DNA of 62,208 nt from an uncultured Clostridia bacterium (GTDB taxonomy: Bacteria; Bacillota; Clostridia; Christensenellales; Borkfalkiaceae), in assembly GCA_944354725.1 (NCBI GenBank), contig CALVQA010000039.1, forward strand, positions 1 through 62,208, given 5' to 3'. The translations under genes were made by a program, and so were the position numbers. This document shows, piece after piece, positions 55,153-62,208 of this stretch (position 1 is the first letter of the stretch; every line of letters begins with the position of its first letter). The notes below the pieces were generated by a model that worked only from the letters and a program-made list of their open reading frames with translations, was not told the origin of the DNA and ran no database searches.

Positions 55153-56304
55153 TTATTTTAAAAGCGCGTTTGCGAGAGCTTCTAATTCGGGAACGTTCTC
55201 CTCCGAAAACGAAGCGCGCACCCTGACTACGGGCGCAAGAAAATTTATATCGCGGCAACCGGAGAGCCTTTCGCGCATGAGTTTGGCAGAAATCGGCGCC
55301 CATGTCCCGTTTTCTATAAAACCTACCGTCCTGCCGCGGAAATTCCTCTCCGCAAGGCAATCTATGAACTCGCGCATGCAGGGAAATATTTCGGCATTGT
55401 ACGTTACCGAAGCAAGCACCAGCTTGCCGCACATGAAGGCGTCGGCAACGCATTGCGAACGGTCTGCGCGGGCAAGGTCGGCGACGATCACTTCTTTGCC
55501 CGCCTTTTTTAAAATATCCGCAAGCATTTCCGCGACCGCCTTTGTGTGCCCGTATACAGAGGCATAGGCAACCATCACCGCGTCCTTCTCCGGCCTGTAC
55601 GACGACCATGTATCATAAAGGCCTATATAGTGGGAAAGATCGCCTTCGAGGACGGGCCCGTGAAGCGGACATATCTTATCGACCTCGAGCGACGAAAGTT
55701 TTTTGAGCAGGGCCTGCACCTGCACGCCGTATTTGCCGACGATGCCTATATAATAGCGCCTGGCCTCGTCATCCCACGGCTGGTCGGCATCGAGAGCGCC
55801 GAACTTTCCGAAACCGTCGGCCGAAAACACTATTTTGGAGCACTCGTCGTAGGAGACCATGACCTCCGGCCAATGCACAAGTGGCGCCATAATAAAGCGC
55901 AACGAATGCCTGCCGAGCGAAAGCATGCCGCCGTCTTCGACCTTGCAGGCATTCTTTACCTCAAAACCGAAGTATTCTTTTATCATCACAAAGGTCTTGG
56001 CATTGCCGACTATGCACGCTTCGGGAAATTCCTTTATGAATCTCAGGATATTCGCGGAGTGGTCGGGTTCCATATGGTGCACGACGAGATAATCGGGCCG
56101 ACGCTCCCCGAGCACGCTTTTGACTTTTTGCAGCCATTCGTCGCCGTATGCCGCGTCCACGGTATCGAGGACGGCTACCTTTTCGTCGGATATGACATAC
56201 GAATTGTATGAAACGCCTTCGGGAACTTTATACATCCCCTCAAAGAGATCGATGCTGCGGTCGTTTACGCCGACATAAAAAATATCGCTTTCAACATTGA
56301 ACAT
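55153..56304 (-). CDS. Flavodiiron protein (metallo-beta-lactamase-like domain plus flavodoxin domain)
   Basis: The di-iron motif is VVHHMEPDHSA. SYNSYVI and a C-terminal flavodoxin-like domain (MVAYASVYGHT) are present. The start is either 56304 or 56331. 56304 is chosen relative to the predicted promoter. Confidence 0.8.
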   Translation of the reverse strand: MFNVESDIFYVGVNDRSIDLFEGMYKVPEGVSYNSYVISDEKVAVLDTVDAAYGDEWLQKVKSVLGERRPDYLVVHHMEPDHSANILRFIKEFPEACIVGNAKTFVMIKEYFGFEVKNACKVEDGGMLSLGRHSLRFIMAPLVHWPEVMVSYDECSKIVFSADGFGKFGALDADQPWDDEARRYYIGIVGKYGVQVQALLKKLSSLEVDKICPLHGPVLEGDLSHYIGLYDTWSSYRPEKDAVMVAYASVYGHTKAVAEMLADILKKAGKEVIVADLARADRSQCVADAFMCGKLVLASVTYNAEIFPCMREFIDCLAERNFRGRTVGFIENGTWAPISAKLMRERLSGCRDINFLAPVVRVRASFSEENVPELEALANALLK

Positions 56305-56346
56305 AATCGGCAAAATCCCATCCTTTTGCATGCAATATACATTGAT

Positions 56347-56375
56347 ATTATATATAGCATGAGTGATTATGTCAA
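56347..56375 (-). promoter_or_regulatory. Putative promoter of the FDP-mscL operon (TTGACA-17 nt-TATAAT)
   Basis: The minus strand reads tTTGACAtaatcactcatgctataTATAATa. Confidence 0.55.
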
Positions 56376-56385
56376 ATTTTTGACG

Positions 56386-56427
56386 CTCAAAAGCGCGGCG
56401 AGGGGCAAAAATTTTGCCCCTCGCCGC
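56386..56427 (-). terminator. proA terminator
   Basis: The hairpin gcggcgaggggcaaaa-tt-ttttgcccctcgccgc is followed on the minus strand by GCUUUUG. Confidence 0.55.
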
Positions 56428-56476
56428 ACACAGACGCATAATTTTTCCTGCTCGTACAATATTTTCCGCAACCGGA

Positions 56477-57736
56477 CTACCTTATCTGTCCGTCGCCGCG
56501 CACGACGTATTTATACGTCGTCAGTTCCTTCAGCCCCATGGGGCCGCGGGCATGCAACTTTTGCGTGGAGATGCCCATTTCGCAGCCGAGACCGAACTCT
56601 CCGCCGTCGGTAAACCTGGTAGAAGCGTTCACATATACCGCGGCGCTGTCTACCGCGCCGATAAAATATTCGGCCGCGGCGGCGTCGTCGGTGACGATGC
56701 AATCGCTGTGCGCCGTCGAATGAACGGCTATGTGCTCCGCCGCCTCCTCAACCGACGCAACTACCTTTACTGCCATAACATAATCCAAAAACTCGGTGTC
56801 GAAGTCGGCCCCCCCCGCAGGCAGACAGCACTTGCGCCCGCCAAGGATGCCGTATGCCTTTCGGTCGAGTTTCATAACGACGGGATTTTCTTTGCGCCCG
56901 ACGACCAACCTTTCCCACAGCATAGGCAAAAATTTATCGGCGATATCCTCGTGGACGAGGCAAACCTCCATCGCGTTGCACACCGAGGGACGGCTCGTCT
57001 TTGCATTTTCCACTATATTGAGGGCCATATCGAGCCCGGCAGAGCGATCGACGTACACATGGCAGATGCCCGTGCCCGTCTGTATGCACGGCACCCTGGC
57101 ATTCTGCACGCAGGCAGCTATCAGCCCCGCCCCGCCGCGGGGAATGAGCAGATCGACCAATCCCGAGGCCTCCATTATTTCGTTGGCGCTCCGGCGCGAA
57201 GTATCGTCTATGAGATTTATTAGACGCTCGTCGAGCCCGCACTTTTTCAGCCCCTCGCGCATGGCGTCGACGATGGCTTTGGCGGAATTATACGCCTCCC
57301 TGCCTATCCTCAAAACGCACGCGTTGCCGCTCTTTATGCACAGCGCGGCAGCGTCGGACGTGACGTTAGGACGGCTCTCATAGATGATCGCGACCACGCC
57401 GAGCGGCACGCTCACTTTGCGCACGACTATCCCGCTCGGGCGGGTAACGGTATCGAGCACGACCCCTACGGGATCGGGCAGAGACGCCACCTGCCTTATC
57501 CCGTCTGCCATTCCCTCTATCCTCTTTTTATCGAGGCGGAGCCTGTCTGTCATCACCTCCGATATTTTGCCGGCGGCAGCCTCGACGTCGGCGGCATTGG
57601 CTTTAAGGATCTCGTCGGAACGTTCGATCAGTTCATCGGCCATAGCCGAAAGCGCAGCGTTCTTCGTTGCCGTATCGGCAAGCGCGGCGGCCTTTTTTGC
57701 CGCGTTTGCACTGAGCAGGATCTCTCTCGTTGTCAT
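56477..57736 (-). CDS. proA: Glutamate-5-semialdehyde dehydrogenase
   Basis: It matches the canonical ProA sequence ([50 protein letters not shown]). Confidence 0.95.
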   Translation of the reverse strand: MTTREILLSANAAKKAAALADTATKNAALSAMADELIERSDEILKANAADVEAAAGKISEVMTDRLRLDKKRIEGMADGIRQVASLPDPVGVVLDTVTRPSGIVVRKVSVPLGVVAIIYESRPNVTSDAAALCIKSGNACVLRIGREAYNSAKAIVDAMREGLKKCGLDERLINLIDDTSRRSANEIMEASGLVDLLIPRGGAGLIAACVQNARVPCIQTGTGICHVYVDRSAGLDMALNIVENAKTSRPSVCNAMEVCLVHEDIADKFLPMLWERLVVGRKENPVVMKLDRKAYGILGGRKCCLPAGGADFDTEFLDYVMAVKVVASVEEAAEHIAVHSTAHSDCIVTDDAAAAEYFIGAVDSAAVYVNASTRFTDGGEFGLGCEMGISTQKLHARGPMGLKELTTYKYVVRGDGQIR

Positions 57737-58515
57737 GATCTTTCTCCTATGAAGCGCGTACCTATGCGCTTTCCCTCACATATATCGTAGAGCACGGCGG
57801 GGTTTTCGCCCCTGGCTATCACCATATCGATGCCGCTCGCCATACACATTCCGGCGGCGTGCAGCTTCGTGCTCATGCCTCCCGTACCGAGGGCCGTTCC
57901 CGCCCCTCCCGCCGCGGCGGCGAGTTCGGGCGTTATGGCGCGCACCTCAGGAATGAGCTTTGCCGACTTGGCGCGCCTCGGATCCTCCGTATAAAGCCCT
58001 TCCGTATCTGTGAGCAGCACGAGAAGATCGGCCCGCGAATGCACGGCGACTATGGCGGCGAGCGTATCGTTGTCGCCTACGACGGCTATCTCCTTTATTT
58101 CCTTTGTGGCGATAGTATCGTTTTCGTTTATTACGGGAATGGCGCCCAGCTGCAACAGCCTTTCGAGCGTATTTATGAAGTGCCCGCGCCTGTCGTCGTT
58201 TTCGACGTCGGCGGCGGTGAGCAGTATCTGCGCCACCACCTGGTTATATCCGTCGAAAAATTTGTCGTAAGTATACATCAACTCGCACTGACCGACGGCC
58301 GCCGCCGCCTGTTTTGTGGGGATGTCGGAGGGCCTGCCCGCAAGCGAGAGCTTGTCGGTACCCATGGCTACCGCGCCCGAAGAAACAAGGATGACTTCGT
58401 TGCCGGCATTTTTAAGATCGGAGAGCACGCGGCACAACCCGTCGATAAACCTGAAGTTGACTTTGCCCGTCGCGTGAGAGAGAGTGGACGAACCGACTTT
58501 TACAACAATACGCAT
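57733..58515 (-). CDS. proB: Glutamate 5-kinase (short form without a PUA domain)
   Basis: [20 protein letters not shown] and INENDT are present. The ATG at 58515 is chosen. The stop overlaps the proA start. Confidence 0.9.
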   Translation of the reverse strand: MRIVVKVGSSTLSHATGKVNFRFIDGLCRVLSDLKNAGNEVILVSSGAVAMGTDKLSLAGRPSDIPTKQAAAAVGQCELMYTYDKFFDGYNQVVAQILLTAADVENDDRRGHFINTLERLLQLGAIPVINENDTIATKEIKEIAVVGDNDTLAAIVAVHSRADLLVLLTDTEGLYTEDPRRAKSAKLIPEVRAITPELAAAAGGAGTALGTGGMSTKLHAAGMCMASGIDMVIARGENPAVLYDICEGKRIGTRFIGERS

Positions 58516-58552
58516 GATATCACACCGCAGAATTTCTTTTCGATTATTGATT

Positions 58553-58581
58553 ATTTTATAATATTTGCACCGTTTAGTCAA
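58553..58581 (-). promoter_or_regulatory. Putative proBA promoter (TTGACT-17 nt-TAAAAT)
   Basis: The minus strand reads TTGACTaaacggtgcaaatattaTAAAAT. Confidence 0.45.
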
Positions 58582-58593
58582 ATAAATTGCGGA

Positions 58594-58633
58594 AAATAAA
58601 AACGGCAGGGCCGCCCGAAAGGCAGTCCCGCCG
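58594..58633 (-). terminator. gdhA terminator
   Basis: An imperfect 12-bp minus-strand hairpin, GGCGGGACUGCC-uuucg-GGCGGCCCUGCC, is followed by GUUUUUAUUUU. Confidence 0.5.
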
Positions 58634-58685
58634 CAAATATCCGGAGCCGTGAGCTCCGTTTACCATACAATGCCGCAAACGTACG

Positions 58686-60056
<1,371 letters not shown>

Positions 60057-60286
60057 TTATTTTGATGAAGCAATTATAACACACGCTTATTATTTTGCAA
60101 ATTTTTTAAGGCGCATTTTTTATAATGATTTTTTATACTTTATATAAGTTCAGCTAATAATATTCGATTTTTAGACAATTTTGAGCATAATTTAAAGCAA
60201 AAAGCTCGAATTTTAATTTTTGAACGAACGAGCAGAATTATAAGCATTGATTATATATACAACAAGTAAAACTTATCGCAGGCGCC

Positions 60287-61207
60287 TTACTCGCCCTCGC
60301 TGCCGAAGTAAACTTTAAGTGCGGTATCGTAAAACACCTTTTCAAGCTCCGCAGGCGAAAACACGCCCGACAGAGCGATATAGTCGCGCAGATGAGCATA
60401 TGTGTCGCGGCAAAGGTTGCCCGGCATGTCGGTGCCGAACATGAGCCTGTCCGCTCCCACAACGCGCTTTGCGGTTTTCAAATGTTCCGCGGCGGTCGGA
60501 TAGGGATAAACTTCAGGCTGCTGGTTGGCGGCAAGCGAGGCAAGATCGAAATAGACGTTCGGAAGCGCAAGCCGCGAAAGCGCTTCGTCCAAAAGCGCGA
60601 CGTCAGTACGCTGAGGCGCGAGAAGATGGCAGACAACAAAAGTGACCGAGCGGTAATTTTTTATCGCGGCAGCGAGCCTTTCGACCTGCCAGCAGCAGTT
60701 GCGCGGGCGGCCTATATCCATTACCACGGTAAGGCCGTTTTCGGCGGCGTGACGGTAACAGCCGTTCATGACCTCGCCGTTCAGATCGATCGGAGGATGA
60801 TACGCCATCAGCCCCGAGCCGTTGCTTACCTCAAACTTTACCGCCCCGAAACCGAGCTCTTTAAACAAACGGCGCCTCACGTCGTCGACTTTGACGCAAA
60901 AAGGATCGTATGAGCCCGCTCCAGCAAAGCGACGGGGATACCTCTTTACCGCTTCGGCGGTATACTCGTTCTGAAAACCGAAGAACTGCCCCTGCAAGAG
61001 AACGGCCCTTTCGACACCGTTTTTGTCCATAACGCCTATCAGAGCCTCGGGCGTAACGCCGTATTCGCCCATTTCCGGCGGGATCATGGCAAATTCGCTG
61101 CCGTCGGCATAGCGGGCCATACCGCCGCCGACCCCGCGCAGCTCCCCGCGCGAAGTAAAACCTGCAATATATTGAACGACATGAGCATGCGCATCGATAA
61201 TCTTCAT
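60287..61207 (-). CDS. Amidohydrolase-family (TIM-barrel metal-dependent hydrolase) protein
   Basis: The N-terminus MKIIDAHAH is the metal-binding HxH. The C-terminal FGTD motif is present. A GGAGG RBS is present. Confidence 0.7.
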   Translation of the reverse strand: MKIIDAHAHVVQYIAGFTSRGELRGVGGGMARYADGSEFAMIPPEMGEYGVTPEALIGVMDKNGVERAVLLQGQFFGFQNEYTAEAVKRYPRRFAGAGSYDPFCVKVDDVRRRLFKELGFGAVKFEVSNGSGLMAYHPPIDLNGEVMNGCYRHAAENGLTVVMDIGRPRNCCWQVERLAAAIKNYRSVTFVVCHLLAPQRTDVALLDEALSRLALPNVYFDLASLAANQQPEVYPYPTAAEHLKTAKRVVGADRLMFGTDMPGNLCRDTYAHLRDYIALSGVFSPAELEKVFYDTALKVYFGSEGE

Positions 61208-61314
61208 GATATCCTCCCTCGCCGTTATTTTACCATATCATTATACCACGACCGCACGCTTTTGCACAAGCGCGCCGAAGCACGCCGCGGCATTATTTTT
61301 CATATTATAGAAGT

Positions 61315-61800
61315 ATGAAAACCATAGCTTACGACAGACAGGCCGCATGCCTGTATGCCCGAAGATGGGCATTCGGACGCAACCCGCGGTATCACAACTT
61401 CGACAGGCTCGGCGGCGACTGCACAAATTTTGCCTCGCAATGCATTTTCGCCGGCACAAAAACCATGAACTTTGTGCCCGAGTCGGGGTGGTACTACATA
61501 GATCTGAACGACCGTGCCCCCGCCTGGACCGGTGTGGAATACCTGTATAACTTTCTCATATCAAACGAAGGCGAAGGGCCGTTCGCAAGAGAGGCGGAAT
61601 TAAGCGAACTGGAAGTCGGCGATATCGTTCAGCTCGGAACGGCTGCAGGCGACTTTTACCATTCTCCCGTCGTAGTGGCGGCGGCGCGCGGGAAGATATG
61701 CGTGGCCGCGCACTCGCTCGACGCATTCATGCGCCCTCTCTCGTCTTATAACTTCGCGCGCGTGCGGGGCATTCATATTTTGGGCGCACGACTAAAGTGA
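61315..61800 (+). CDS. Putative amidase-domain protein (papain-like Cys/His fold, Amidase_6-like)
   Basis: YDR..A..YA..WA...NP.Y..F...GGDCTNFASQC...G and later GD..Q......YHS..V resemble the 'putative amidase domain' family. The assignment is from memory only. Confidence 0.5.
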   Translation: MKTIAYDRQAACLYARRWAFGRNPRYHNFDRLGGDCTNFASQCIFAGTKTMNFVPESGWYYIDLNDRAPAWTGVEYLYNFLISNEGEGPFAREAELSELEVGDIVQLGTAAGDFYHSPVVVAAARGKICVAAHSLDAFMRPLSSYNFARVRGIHILGARLK

Positions 61801-61972
61801 CGCGAAACAGAGCCGCGCGCCGCGGTCGCGCAGGCAAACCGAGCCGGACGCAGGCACGCGAACAAGCACGCACGCCGACAAACACCCGAAGCGGCTGCCA
61901 TCCCTTTATTTACATAAACACGGAAACATTTCAAGTAAAATAAAATATTTCTGCATAACGGCGCAAAAACAC

Positions 61973-62001
61973 TTGAAATTTAACGCAAAATGTTATAAAA
62001 T
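61973..62001 (+). promoter_or_regulatory. Putative tRNA-Ser promoter (TTGAAA-17 nt-TAAAAT)
   Basis: The -35 is at 61973-61978 and the -10 at 61996-62001. The tRNA starts 12 nt downstream. Confidence 0.45.
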
Positions 62002-62012
62002 CTAATGGTCAC

Positions 62013-62102
62013 GCAGAGATGGCGGAGTGGTCGAACGCGCACGACTCGAAATCGTGTTACGTGGGAACACGTACGGGGGTTCGAATCCCTCTCTCTGCGC
62101 CA
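62013..62102 (+). tRNA. tRNA-Ser (anticodon CGA), class II with a long variable arm
   Basis: The acceptor is GCAGAGA/TCTCTGC. The anticodon stem is CACGA/TCGTG with loop CTCGAAA. The variable arm is TTACGTGGGAACACGTAC. The T-arm is GGGGG-TTCGAAT-CCCTC. The discriminator is G and CCA is encoded. Confidence 0.85.
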
Positions 62103-62111
62103 TACAGAAAC

Positions 62112-62167
62112 GATCCGAACTTCTACCGATCCCGGTCGGCAGAGCGTTCGGATCTTTTTTGTTTTTT
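62112..62167 (+). terminator. Terminator after tRNA-Ser
   Basis: The stem gatccgaac...gttcggatc, with an internal sub-hairpin, is followed by ttttttgtttttt. Confidence 0.55.
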
Positions 62168-62208
62168 GCATGCAGACAAGCCGTATACCGAGGAAATCGC
62201 CCTAAACG

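Overview
This 62.2-kb window is a chromosomal, mostly housekeeping segment. Gene order looks like Bacillota, Clostridia-type, and G+C is above 50% by eye. Most genes are on the minus strand.

Left to right:
- Arginine biosynthesis cluster argG-argC-argJ-argB-argD-argF' with ARG-box-like operators.
- A YgjP/M48-type metallopeptidase and an acyl-ACP thioesterase.
- A small accessory-looking patch at 7.8-13.7 kb: a membrane-tethered PadR-like regulator plus flavodoxin, a ~620-nt ORF-free repeat/hairpin region, and an 825-aa Cys-rich membrane-anchored protein. The 3' third of that gene is AT-rich, and its ~260-nt leader carries mutually exclusive antiterminator and terminator hairpins.
- rny, then ftsK-rimO-pgsA-cinA-recA-nadE, ilvC, a DUF815 ATPase, murC and spoVG.
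- A dcw cluster: mraZ-rsmH-ftsL-like-pbp-murE-mraY-murD-ftsW-murA-ftsQ-ftsA-like-ftsZ.
- murI, rpsT, and an XRE/cupin regulator with potABCD. potA is interrupted by an in-frame TAA.
- tRNA-Arg(CCT), a GNAT acetyltransferase, an LtaS-family protein, flavodiiron protein plus mscL, proBA, gdhA, an amidohydrolase, an amidase-domain protein and tRNA-Ser(CGA).

I recognised no transposase, integrase, cas gene, CRISPR array or rRNA.

The supplied ORF track uses GTG and TTG as well as ATG starts, so I re-picked several starts by reading RBS context.

The most interesting signals are the orphan attenuator/riboswitch-like leader (13370-13667), the mosaic Cys-rich surface protein it precedes, and the adjacent repeat-rich non-coding block (10205-10821). 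All functional calls rest on motif recognition by eye. No database search was run.
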